Notes: a model not told the origin generated them from the sequence alone. A DNA stretch of 33,102 nucleotides from Octopus sinensis (GCF_006345805.1 NW_021832100.1:1-33102); one strand, 5' to 3'; shown: positions 1 through 10,750, numbered from the stretch's first letter. Translations and numbers: made by a program.

Positions 1-580
1 CCATATAACCAAAACTATTCGTCTTGAGCTCCATAAAGCAGGATAGTATGGGAGATTGCACTTGCTAAACGTTTTCTGTCCCCTATAAATATTGATAAAC
101 GGTGGTCTCTGCCTCAGTAGAATAATGTCGTCTCCGATGAATCCTCATTCACCCATTTTTGTATCTGGATACAGCCTAAAGAAACCTTCAACCCTGACCT
201 TTTAGTTGTTCAACGTAGTAGTTTTAATAATAAAGTTTATCTCAGTATTTTGATTGACCGTGTTCACCTTGTGGTACATTGTTCTCCGGTGGCAACAGAA
301 TCCTGCAGGACTATAATGCATCGATTTACTTGACTAATGTTTTTTGGTTTTTTTTTAAATTGGTGAAGACAGCAGATAAGTAAAATGAGGAACCACTTCC
401 CTTTGCCATCGTCACTGAAAGTGTTAAAGCAAAGATTTACTAACTACTGTTCAGAATCTGTACAAGTAAATTCGTCAAAGTACTACAGCTGTGATTGATC
501 CCGAAGGAGGACCAACTCCGTATTAGATAATATAACTTCCACTTCATAAAATGTTTACATTATTTAATTCAACTCTTTTA
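1..580 (+). mobile_element. Tc1/mariner DNA transposon relic (3' part of transposase pseudogene plus right TIR-like end)
   Basis: Manual translation across frameshifts and stops gives KTIRLELHKAG*YGR, VSDESSF, IWIQPKETFNPDL, VYLSILIDRVH, LQDYNASIY (QDDNAPIH-like), MRNHFPLPSSLK and AVIDPEGGPTPY* (stop 524-526). This is the motif order of Tc1-family transposases. It is followed by aatgtttacattatttaattcaactctttta-TA, resembling a decayed Tc1 TIR and TA site. Confidence 0.85.
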
Positions 581-705
581 TATATAATTTGCTTTGAGGT
601 TCCCGTTTCCTGTCCCTGAAGGTAAATCTCGAAGTGATTAAAGCTTTATAGCTTTAATAGTATTTAAACATTAGGTTCAAAAGCATTTGGTTAAGATAAG
701 GCGAA

Positions 706-778
706 GGCTACCAATGGGACTCGATCCCACATTTCCTGTGAAGATGACAGGCGTTCTACCTTTGAACCAAAGAAATCC
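706..778 (-). other. tRNA-like sequence (probable tRNA-derived SINE head or tRNA pseudogene)
   Basis: Minus strand shows a D-arm GTTC/GAAC, anticodon arm CCTGT/ACAGG with 7-nt loop CATCTTC, and T-arm GTGGG/CCCAT. A-box TGGTTCAAAGG and B-box-like GGATCGAGTCC are present. The acceptor stem does not pair and the anticodon loop is non-canonical, so it is not a functional tRNA. Confidence 0.6.
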
Positions 779-1090
779 TTCGAATTTCTTTATTATTTTA
801 GAAACTTCATTCTTACCAGCAAATGGTAAGTATACTCTGTTGATGTCATAAAATTTCGAAACTTCGAGAGAATGGGAAATAGTTATTTTTAGGAACAGTG
901 AATCTTGAAGTAAATAATTGTTATTTGCTTCGAGATTCATCGTTCCTAAAAAGAATTATTTCATATTCATGAAGTTTCTAAATTACTATATATATACATA
1001 TATATATGTATGTATGTATATATATGTGTGTGTGTGTATGTGTATGTGTGCGTGTACGTATTATGTATGTGTATATATATATATATATAA

Positions 1091-1982
1091 TAACAAATTA
1101 ATAAATAAAACATATGCACATATACATACATATATGTACGTACGTACATCTACATGTATATATACATGCATATATGGGTGCAGGACATAAAACAAAACGT
1201 CGAACACAATGAGAAACGAAAACATAAACACAAAACCAAGGAAATGGACATTTTTCTTAAACAACGAAAAAATAGAGTACAGGACATACAAAACAAGGAA
1301 AATTCCCCTTCTTCAGTCGCCTCTGTTTCATCTACTCCGCGTTGCGAAGCTCAAGTTGAGACACGCCTTCATTGAAACATTCCTTCCCGCAAAAAGCTAA
1401 TTAAATAAAATTTAAGATTTTTTTGCGGAGGGGTAAAAAATGGTAAGAAAAACAGGACAGTAACAACAGTACAAAATATAAACAGTAAAAGACAGGACAA
1501 GGAGAATAACAGTAACACAGACATTGAGGGCTGTTAAGCCAAACGAAAGAAAATATTACGAACGCTTGTTGAGAACGACAGAGAGACACAAGAAAGCCGT
1601 CTACACTCGAGGGAAGCGAGGTCATAAAGACAGTAGTTTTCTCGTCGCTGGTCAGCGACGGGACAGAGGAGAAGTAAGAGAAAGGGAGAGAAAAAAGGGG
1701 AATGGTTGTAGAGAAAACCAGAAAGAATGAAGAATGAGAGAGAGAGAGGGGGGAGAGACAGTAAGGTAGAAGAAAAGGAAACCAGAAAGAATGAAGGCTG
1801 AGAAAGGGAGGGGGACAGAAAGGTTAAGAGTGCGCATCATTATTAATATTAAGAACAAACCTACTTAGAAATAGATGCGTGCGTTTCGTCATATAACAAA
1901 TTAATAAATAAAACATATGCATATACACATACATATATGTACGTACGTACATCTACATGTATATATACATGCATATATGGGT
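1091..1982 (-). mobile_element. Non-coding repeat with 89-bp terminal direct repeats (putative PLE pseudo-LTR-derived or retrozyme-like unit)
   Basis: 1091-1179 and 1894-1982 are 87/89 identical, bracketing 714 bp. A decayed hammerhead-like remnant lies on the minus strand near 1325-1385. Confidence 0.5.
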
Positions 1983-1985
1983 ACA

Positions 1986-2028
<43 letters not shown>

Positions 2029-2178
2029 AAGTAGATAAATGAATTATCTTATTACGGATAATTCAAATGATAACCGATACCTGGGTAGCCAAAAATCACA
2101 ACAGAAAAGCACGGTTGAAGTTACGACCATGGGGATAAAAACCGTGCCTTAGTGCGGAAATTTGAAGTTTTCCTGCAC

Positions 2179-2243
<65 letters not shown>

Positions 2244-2270
2244 ATATATATTGTATATTATATATACATG

Positions 2271-2305
<35 letters not shown>

Positions 2306-2449
2306 GTATATATACACATATATATATATTTTATAACTTGGTTTAAGAAGAGACCAAAATTTTGAGAATTCTATAGTTATGATTTACATCAACATAATAC
2401 ATATAACACAATAGATAACCAAGACAAGGAGCATATCAATATATTATTT

Positions 2450-3000
2450 AGAATAGAAATAAAATTATATGAGGTAAAAATATACGTAAAAAGGATAAAT
2501 AAGAGTGATACATCGACTAAAAATAATGTTACATTTAAGATTAAAATGTTGAATTAAGAATTAAAAGTTTTAAGATACATCGCCGGCAGTGAGAGATCTT
2601 AATGATAGATTTGAAAGTCAGAGAAATAATGAGAACAAACTTGCTTTAAGAGTTCTAAAGAAATGTTTATAGAGTGTTATAGCACCATATAAGGTGTATT
2701 TCGACAGCCGTTTCTGGAGTTCATTTGTCTACAAGGGCTGAATCCTTTAATTTCACACTGACAATGTCCCCTTCATCAGGAAATAAGGAAATAGCAGGGT
2801 TTGAAGAAATATAAGAGGAAGGAAAATTTAAGGTTGCATTATGTTGGTCGTCGGGTGCTATGTCAGATACCGATCACACTACAATGATTCATGCTTATAT
2901 ATGTAAAGAAATTTTTAGTGTAGGATGATGGGAGTCCAAAAAGTTTTTGGGGTTAGGCATGATGGGGAAAAAAGATTTTTTAAAATTCTGGGTAATAATT
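2450..3000 (-). mobile_element. Penelope-like pseudo-LTR fragment carrying a hammerhead ribozyme
   Basis: Pyrimidine-rich leader (cctcttatatttcttcaaaccctgctatttccttatttc) runs into the HHR, the same architecture as the pLTR at 3470-3825. Boundaries are approximate. Confidence 0.5.
2697..2785 (-). ncRNA. Type I hammerhead ribozyme with extended stem II
   Basis: Minus strand reads TATTTC-CTGATGA-[58 nt stem II]-GAAAC-GGCT-GTC-GAAATA. Stem I is a perfect 6 bp (TATTTC/GAAATA), the CUGAUGA and GAAA cores are intact, stem III is minimal and near-palindromic, and the cleavage triplet is GUC. Confidence 0.8.
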
Positions 3001-3253
3001 AATTACTAATGGAGGAAGAAACAGGGCTGCTAAATACTTCGTACCCTATTATCACGTCTTATGGAGCTTTTTAATTTCACTCATCCTTCATGAAGCTTCA
3101 AAATTTTATTAATTTAAGTTTTCTACATCATATTCATCTGACCTACATGCGTTTCGACTGCAGCAACTGCACGTTGCTCTGTCTGCTAATACTTTGCATG
3201 TACCACGTCCTTGCGTTGTTGTTTTTTTTTTCTTGTATTCGTTTTTTGGAAAC

Positions 3254-3316
3254 GTAGGTAGGTAGGTAGGTAGGTAGGTAGGTAGGTAGGTAGGTAGGTA
3301 TGTAGGTAGGTAGGTA
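3254..3316. repeat. (TAGG)n microsatellite
   Basis: Direct tandem run of gtag/tagg. Confidence 0.95.
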
Positions 3317-3554
3317 TGTGTATATACATATATACATACATACACATGAGAGGTATTGGTATTCAGAAGACCCAAGCTGGCGGGTAAGGCTATGTAAGTG
3401 CTACGGGAGGACCGTTGTTAGACTCTCGGTTTGATAATAACACGATTGAGGAGTTTAATGAAGGTCTTGTATGAGCATGTATATGTTAAATAAAATGAGA
3501 CAACAAAAGCAATGCTGTGTGGAATATTGCAGGACATTTATAAAGAGAAAGGTA

Positions 3555-3602
3555 GTCTTACAGCTGTTTCTGGGATATTAGGAATATCTCTTTATCAGAG
3601 AC
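3555..3602 (-). ncRNA. Type I hammerhead ribozyme in PLE pLTR (core-mutated copy)
   Basis: GTCT-CTGATAA-A-GAGATA-ttcctaa-TATCCC-A-GAA-ACAGCTGT-A-AGAC. Stem I is GTCT/AGAC, stem III is the palindrome ACAGCTGT, and the site is GUA. The core reads CUGAUAA (G8A), so it is probably inactive. Confidence 0.7.
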
Positions 3603-4410
3603 GCAATGAGAGAGTTAACTAGAGGGAAATAGTAAAATTCAATATAAGGAGATATTTTGGAAAAAGATGGATATAGGAAGTATAAAGGGAAATAATAGGA
3701 TAAAAATTAAAAGTACAAATATATGTAGGATGTTACGGTTGCAGTTCCATTATCCAAGGAAAGTGGTGCTTCATGTCCATGGTATATAGATTCCAATAGG
3801 AATTCATATTTTGTTATTACGAGAGGAGAGTTTGGAGACATAAATTCCATATAAAATTTTGAGAATGTACTGGTAGGGGTAAGTAGATAGAGAGAAGAGA
3901 ATACATATGCATGTTAGGAGAAGAATGGTATTAGCCAAGCGAATAAGGGGGAGAAAAAGAAAGAAAGAAAGAAAAAATGAAAAAAGGAGTGCTAGATGGT
4001 GGTCAAGATATTGTGAGGAAGGTTGGAGAGGAGAGCCATCAAGATAGAAGGAATAGGGGGGATAGAAGGAAGAGATATGAATGTAAAGAAGGAAAATGTG
4101 TGAGAAATTGGAGGTAGGTGATATGTCTGAAAGACACTAAAGTGGGGAGGTAGGTAAAGAACTAGTACGGGGGTTGTACTAAAGTGCGTAGTTAACAACA
4201 AAAAGGAAGGGAAGAATAATAAAATATAATGATCAAGTTTTTAAAAATAGACGTACATATTTATTGTACTAGCTAAAGTGATAGTGAGGGCTGATGAATC
4301 AGGGAGAGAAAGAAAGATACGTATATAGATATACACAGGCGCGCACACATATATATAAATGTGTATATGCAATATTATATAGGCCCGCATACTTATGTAC
4401 GCATATCTGC

Positions 4411-4446
<36 letters not shown>

Positions 4447-4639
4447 GCATACGCACATATATATACGTGTATACACACACAAACACACACGTATATAGAC
4501 ATACATGTTGAAATATGTGTTATTAAACAATTAAAAAAACTAGAATTAAAAATTGGAAAAATTAAAGAAATAAGACAAAGTCAAATAAGGTTGTTGGATA
4601 TTACCTAAGGAGGGGTGTTCGGTATATGTACTGTGTGGT

Positions 4640-5568
4640 GATTATGATTAAGATTGGTACTGTGTGGTGACTTGTGGTAAAATTTGAAGATATTGAAAAA
4701 GCGATGTTTGCATGTACCCAGGGCCTCATTATACATATTTAGTAGTATTGAAGAGTTGTGTTTTAATATGTGGAATGCCTCTTTTAGGCATAACTTACAG
4801 GCTGATCGTTGACCCTAGTATGGAAGTCCTGAATCTATTATGGACCATGATATTTTTGAGATGATGTATGTGACTGGCGAGGGTTGTGGATTTACTGTGT
4901 TTCTCATATAAAAAAGAATTGAGATGCGCAGCGTATCGCTGTTTAAAATTTATAATTGATCCTATATATATGGTTGTAGAATTGTGTAACATGTTGAAGA
5001 CGGTGCATTTGTAAATTACATTAGACCTTCTGCAACGGGTTTGTAGAGGGCAAATGGTCACAGGGCGGCAGTTACATGGTAGTGTATTGAGGAGATTATT
5101 TTCAGGAATGGAGGAAATAATATTTCTAAGGAGAGGTTAGAGATGGGGGTCTATGTTATTACTATTATTATTTCTAATATCATTATTATTTCTAGCGTTG
5201 TTATTATTTATTCTATCTGTAATTGTGGTGGAAGTTGGAGTATTAGTATTCTGGTTAGGGTTAGTTGGATTGGTAAGGTTTTCTTTATGGTCTAAAGTAT
5301 AGAGTTGGAGATTGGAGCTATGTATATGTTAAGTGCTCATGTATTCTGAGTTGTTACTGTTCATATTTTGATAATAGAGAGAAAGCTTTCGTCTATTATA
5401 GGCTGTTATGATAGACTCAAAGTTTGGCGGGGAGAAGTAGGATAGCTTTAGAGTAGATCTATTAAAGCTAGAGTAATATTTTTGTTGACGAGAGAAGTTG
5501 GAGTCTAGTATTTTAAAAATGGATTTGGCTAAGTTCTTAACATTTAGTGAGAAGGGAGGTGTATACAA
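4640..5568 (-). pseudogene. PLE polyprotein C-terminal pseudogene (GIY-YIG endonuclease)
   Basis: ORFs 5329..5568 and 4795..5061 share a frame. The VIY...YIG motif pair and the upstream Cys cluster (CNC...CPL...C) are visible. Confidence 0.85.
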
Positions 5569-5609
5569 TAGAATAGAGCGTCCACCGCTGTTTTTTGGGG
5601 ATTTTTTTT

Positions 5610-5960
5610 TCGTAATAACAAGATATGAGCTCCTATCAGAATCTACATACCATGGAAAGCATTTCTACCCATTCTACACACTACTTTCCTTGGATAATGG
5701 AACTGCAACCGTAACATCCTACATATATTTCTATTCTCTTATTTCCCTTTATACTGCCTATATCCATCCTTTCCCAAAATAACTCTTTATATTGAACTCT
5801 ACTATTTCCCTCTAGTTAACTCTCTCATACCATCTCTGATGAAGGGATATCCCTAATATCCCAGAAACATTTGTAAGACTACCTTTCTCTTTATAAATGT
5901 CCTACAATATTCCACACAGCGTTGCTTTTGTTGTCTCATTTTACCTAACATTTACATATA
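5610..5960 (+). repeat. Inverted copy of the PLE pseudo-LTR at the 5' truncation junction
   Basis: Reverse complement of about 3470-3825, sharing blocks such as ctttccttggataatggaactgcaaccgtaacatcctacatatattt and gtaagactacctttctctttataaatgtcct. Confidence 0.9.
5832..5879 (+). ncRNA. Type I hammerhead ribozyme in inverted pLTR
   Basis: ATCT-CTGATGA-A-GGGATA-tccctaa-TATCCC-A-GAAAC-ATTT-GTA-AGAC. The core is intact and stem II is a perfect 6 bp. Stem I is short (TCT/AGA) and the stem III palindrome is mutated. Confidence 0.75.
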
Positions 5961-5980
5961 CATACATATATATATATATA

Positions 5981-6029
<49 letters not shown>

Positions 6030-6040
6030 GTGGTGGTGTG

Positions 6041-6070
<30 letters not shown>
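5957..6070. repeat. (TA)n/(TG)n compound microsatellite
   Basis: Direct reading. Confidence 0.95.
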
Positions 6071-6073
<3 letters not shown>

Positions 6074-6739
6074 TGTGTGAAACTATGACTGTCATGTGCA
6101 ATTAAGAATGTCTTGCATTGCATGTGCCTGCTTTCTTTTAGAAGGTCGCGTAGCCGCGAATAGATAACTATACCCTCACGGCCCTCCAATTCTTGATTGT
6201 GTTTAAACATCCAGGATGTAACAGAGGAGGAGCTAGACAATATAGCAGCACTGGGCCGATGCTTTGTTTAAGCACTTCAAAGGGATCAAAGGTAAAGTTA
6301 ACCATAACAGAATTTTAACTTGGAGCACAGAGAGCTGGAGTAAAACAGTGCAATGCATGCGATGCGCCGTGTCTGTCTGTTGGTCTTTGTGTATGTGTGT
6401 GCCTGTGTGTTTATGTGCACGTGCCCTTATACTGAAAGTGCATGTGCACAGACATATAACCAATGAAGGAGAACTCCATATATTCCACTACATTCCCAAA
6501 AGAGACGTCTTCAATGAAAATTTGTTACTACACGGATAATCAAATATCACGAGTGTATCGAATGCAATGATTATAGAATATGGATAAATAGAACATGACA
6601 AAATAATAAATTGTGAAATGATTTGATTATAGCACTTTTACGCGTGTCTGTAGCTATTACATAATAATTACGTAAACTCACTTTATGTAATCATTATGAG
6701 GGCGTCACTTCATTAGAAGTTTCATAAAATTGCTTATAT

Positions 6740-6835
6740 TTTTGATAGAAGAATGAAAGGCGTCGATGAGCTTGTGTTTTGAACTTAGAATGTAAAGGGT
6801 TCCGGTAATAATCCTGCCGAATCGCCGCCCTTATT
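6740..6835 (-). mobile_element. Degenerate tRNA-derived SINE 5' part
   Basis: gaatgaaaggcgtcga...tttgaacttagaatgtaa...ctgccgaatcgccgcc resembles the reverse complement of the same cephalopod SINE family seen at 8857-9030. Confidence 0.45.
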
Positions 6836-7049
6836 TCTTACATAGACACATGGCATAACATTTTAGGGAAAGTAGCATTATAATCGATCACATTGATCAC
6901 AGTACTTGATTGCTAATTTATTTGATTGGAAGAGAATGAGAAATAAAGCTGGAAATTTGAACTCAAAATTATACCTAATCCTTTGGGATCGTTAATGGAG
7001 CCATTTCTGTTGCAAGGATTCGAGTCTGGTATCCAGTCTAAAGATAATT

Positions 7050-7260
7050 TCCTTCCTTCCGTTCTTCTTCCCTTCCTTCCTTCCTTCCTTCCTTCCGTTC
7101 TTCTTCCCTTCCTTCCTTCCTTCCTTCCTTCCTTCATACATTCATTCCTTCATTCCTTCCTTCATTCCTTCCTTCCTTCCTTCCTCACTTCCTTCCTTCT
7201 TCTCTCTCTCTCCATCCCTTCCTCATTTCCTTCCTCCTGTTCTTTCTTTCTTTCTTTCTT
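7050..7260. repeat. (CCTT)n/(CATT)n polypyrimidine tract
   Basis: Direct reading. Confidence 0.9.
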
Positions 7261-7419
7261 CCGAAAGACACTGAAGAAGGTCACAGAGGATGTTCTTCTC
7301 ATGACTGAGTCATTAAAATAAAATAGAAAGAAAAGGAAACTGAAGATTTTTGGCTGTTATTGTTATTGTTAAAATTTGAAGACGAAATTTCTGGCTACGT
7401 ATGTATGTTTACCTATATA

Positions 7420-7444
7420 AATAAATGCATATATACATACAAAT

Positions 7445-7479
<35 letters not shown>

Positions 7480-7595
7480 TACATACACAGACACATACAT
7501 ACATACATACATACATACATACACACATACATACATACATACATACATACATACATACATACATACATACATACATACACACATACATACATACA

Positions 7596-7630
<35 letters not shown>

Positions 7631-7684
7631 GTATGCATATACATATACAGATGTATAGAGGTGCATATATAAGGATATATATAC

Positions 7685-7717
<33 letters not shown>

Positions 7718-7815
7718 CGTGTGTGTATATATGTATGTATGTATATACATGTATATACACACATATACACACACACACACATACACACACATACATATAT
7801 ATGTATGTATGTATG
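7420..7815. repeat. (CATA)n/(CA)n/(TA)n compound microsatellite
   Basis: Direct reading. It explains the HTYI/MYVC ORFs. Confidence 0.95.
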
Positions 7816-8164
7816 CTACGTCTAGAAGTACATCTATCTCCGGTATTCTGGAAATGTAGAAATCATCATTACATTTCACTACTTTTGTTTCTACAAATCC
7901 GCTGCCAAATTGCCTTTTTCCGTTTGCCAGCTTTGGAATTCCTTGTATTTAAGCTATCAATCCTCACACCCCACACCCGGCTCAGTAAATCTTTCTCCGG
8001 CATCAATCATAATTCTGCACAGACATCACTCATGGCACATTAATTTCACCACGTACCGCCTAAATCTCAATAGGTTCTCCCCTCATGTAATATTCTGCTG
8101 TTTAACGCATCATTTAAAAACACTTTTGATGTCAGGATCTTCATTCTCTTTAATCTAGACAACT

Positions 8165-8570
8165 TCTGCCTTTCAATCTCTCTCTCCTTCTTTCTTTTTC
8201 CTTTTCTCTCGTTCCTTCTTTCTTTCTTCATTCCTTCCTTTTTCCTTTCTTTCTCTTTCTTTCCTTCGTTCTTTTTCAATTTTTCCCGTTCTTTTTCCCG
8301 TTCTTTCATTCTGTGTCTCTTTCTTTCCTGCCTCTTTTTCTTTTTCTTTCTGTTTATTGTCTCATCTATTCTGCCTTCTGTTCCTTTTATTTTATTATTT
8401 CCTTCTTCCTTTTCCCCTTCTCCAGTCATTCCTTCAATTTTTTCTTTCTCGTGAATGTATTTAAAAAAATTATTTACTATTCATCTATGTATCTAGATAT
8501 TCTTCTATCAACTTATCTTTTTTTCATTTTTCTTTTCTCTTCCTTTTTTCTTACTATCCTATTCTGTTGA
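8165..8570. repeat. Low-complexity polypyrimidine tract
   Basis: T/C-rich over about 400 bp. It explains the K/E/R-rich minus ORF. Confidence 0.85.
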
Positions 8571-8856
8571 AGATATCGTGAATATATTGAGCCCTTTGTA
8601 AACTCGGATGATTGTGATATCCAATGAAACGTTTATCTCATTACTCAGGGCCAGAGCAACTGAGTCGTAGGGGTGATGGTAAGTGTTGGACACAATTCAG
8701 AATTTTTTTGTGGGAAGATGTTTCGAGAAACGTCAGTCCTACCCACCCCACCACCCAAAAGATGTAATTTTTCCCGAAAAAAATATTTACACTAACTCAT
8801 ATGTTGTTAAATTTCGAGTTGATTCAACGATATTTTAAATTTCAAATTCAAAATAA

Positions 8857-9030
8857 GCGGTGGCTTGATAGAAGTGTTACAGGGAGAGGAAAACTGCTTG
8901 CAGTAGTAAATTACGGTCATTTGTCTTTTAATTTCAAGTCATGCTGGGGTCAACTTTACCTTTCTTCCCTTTCGAGGTCAATAGAGGAATGTGTCATTTG
9001 AGTACTGGGATCGATTTGGTATAGTTAGTA
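8857..9030 (+). mobile_element. Degenerate tRNA-derived SINE (core ggtcaactttacctttc..ccctttcgaggtc..)
   Basis: The head gcggtggcttgatagaagtgtta is followed by the core ggggtcaactttacctttcttccctttcgaggtcaata...tactgggatcgat, recognisable as a common cephalopod SINE core. Confidence 0.55.
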
Positions 9031-10269
9031 AAGTCACTGAAACCACAAACAGTGGCGAACAACGTTTGAGTCAACAGAGCAGATCTAGAGATAATGAAAT
9101 TCTTTGAAGCAGGAAAGTAAGCAGCGATATGTTGTATAAGTTGTCAATATATGTAGACAGTTCTCATTATCATAATTTGGTAATCCCAGTCATGACAGAT
9201 ACCATAATTAACAAAGTTCACGATCTTCTATTACCATACCAAAATCTCGCAGTTCATATCCCGAGTTCTCTGGCAATGACATCCGGATGAAAAATCTTGC
9301 GACTTTTTCCCACCAAAGGACCAAGATCAGCAACAGACGAATGACGATACTAGCTAATCTTTTATTCTATAGCAGTGTCAAGCAAACTGTACACACTGTT
9401 TATGACATGAGCTGTACCATAAATTTGTTTTAGTGTCTGACACTAACGATTTTGTTGTCCTTTGTTGGCTTGACTTGGGTACGAAAGATATTTATTTTAA
9501 GAGATCGGCTTAATGTGAAGTACGAAAGAGATTGAAGAACAAAGTGAAGCTATGAATTAAAACCTTAAATGATAGTATTCTAAGTAGATTGGATAATTTA
9601 TAGATCTAGGTTTATATGTGATTGATTCAGAAAAAGGATTTTCTCACCAAGAAGGCTATAGCATGGCCAGCTCCTAAATGAAGATCTATGAGCATGCATG
9701 ATGTGTTATAAAAATTGGGTTATGTTCTATATGGCAGTTTGTTACCGGAAGAAAACTGGAAAAATACGATAATCTTCTTTTTTTTAATCAAAACATGGAA
9801 ATGTGAAATTTGTTGTCACAAAGGTAAGTTTGAACGGGGGGAAATATTGTACTTGGAAAGAAATTGTAAAAGAAAGAGAATATCTATTTGTCATTAATTA
9901 GTAAGGAAAAAGTAATAAGACTAAAACATGGAAAGGATTAAAGGTCATTAATCATTAAACTTTTTCCGTGCTTACGCTATTGACCAATGATGAATAAAGC
10001 TGTTTTCCAATACCTATGTGATTTGTTGATCCAACTGCTTTATCGTTCCTTTTAAAACTACTTAACTCTTCGTTTTGTATGGTTTTTTGCTATATTCTCA
10101 TCAGAGTGAGATAAATTAAGCGAAAGGTATTTAAAATCAAATCATCCGTACAGTTTAGAGTATGTAGCTTCCAACTTTGTCACTATTTGGCAAAGACTGT
10201 AAATAAAGTAATTAATTATACTACTTCATAAAGAAGAAAACAACTACAGCAATCGCGTTAACAATGATT

Positions 10270-10750
10270 TGGTGAAAACAGTAAAGAATAAAATCTGTCA
10301 TCGGTCGAAAAGTTCAGGTCTCAAAGCAGAGACTGGAGGGGATTTTAATTGCGGCACAAGACCAAAGCTTCTCGCACCAGAAACCAACAAAAATACGTGA
10401 AGAAAAATACAATAAGTAATTGCAGAATATGTGGTGATGGGGAAGAAGCAATACATTATGGTGTCTCTGGCCGCCCATTCCTGGTTAAGAAGAAATATAT
10501 CGACAGACATGGCAGAGTTGGGACTTATATCAATTGAAAGCTATGCCAGCATTATGGAATAACAACAGGAAAAAGATGGTATAGGCTTATCTCAGAAAAT
10601 AACAAAACAACCATAGCTTGGGATATGCCACTGCACACTGAACAATATCCAGATACTGCTGCCAGGAACCACCAAGAAAGAAAATACCTTCTAATCGACA
10701 TTTCAAGAAGAAAAAGGGTAACTTTCAAAGTACAAACTGTCTAATTTACT
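10270..10750 (+). mobile_element. R4/Dong-like RLE-type LINE fragment (zinc knuckle and RLE start)
   Basis: SSGLKAET, AAQDQS, SNCRICGDGEEAIHYGVSGRPFL..YIDRHGRVGTYIN*KLCQHYGITT, WDMPLHT and LIDIS...FQSTN are recovered across frameshifts. Confidence 0.85.

Larger units (their letters stand above)
3340..5570 (-). mobile_element. 5'-truncated Penelope-like retroelement (RT thumb, linker, GIY-YIG, 3' pseudo-LTR)
   Basis: One frame 5568->4795 with two in-frame TAA stops. It gives YTPPFSLNVKNLAKSIFKILDSNF...FNRSTLKLSY, then CNCRPVTICPLQTRCRRSNVIYKCTV...IYIGSIINFKQRYAAHLNSF...STTLASHIHHLK. After a frameshift it gives LCLKEAFHILK...LN...GTCKHR. The downstream pLTR with HHR is at about 3470-3850. Confidence 0.9.

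Noticed and set aside
3120-3195. HHR-like GAAAC-GCAT-GTA preceded by hairpins (AGCAAC/GTTGCT) on the minus strand
   Set aside because: No CUGANGA core or stem I partner is recoverable. At best it is a decayed remnant.
6140-6300. Possible exon with ttttag acceptor and AAG|gtaaag donor
   Set aside because: All three plus frames contain stops, and the minus-strand alternative is short with no recognisable protein.
7870-7960. PFSVCQLWNSL resembling a CR1/L2 LINE C-terminus
   Set aside because: The match is too short to support without a search.
7360-8043. Longest ORF (227 aa) and similar HTYI/MYVC/CVRA/poly-L/poly-Y ORFs throughout
   Set aside because: These are translations of microsatellites and not genes.
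9210-9330. IARELGI*TARFWYGNRR, homeodomain helix-3-like, on the minus strand
   Set aside because: It has an in-frame stop, the wrong spacing and no helix 1/2 similarity. Likely chance.
9739-9830. Strong AAG|gtaagt donor with a short upstream open frame
   Set aside because: The acceptor is weak, the peptide is unrecognisable, and no partner exons were found.
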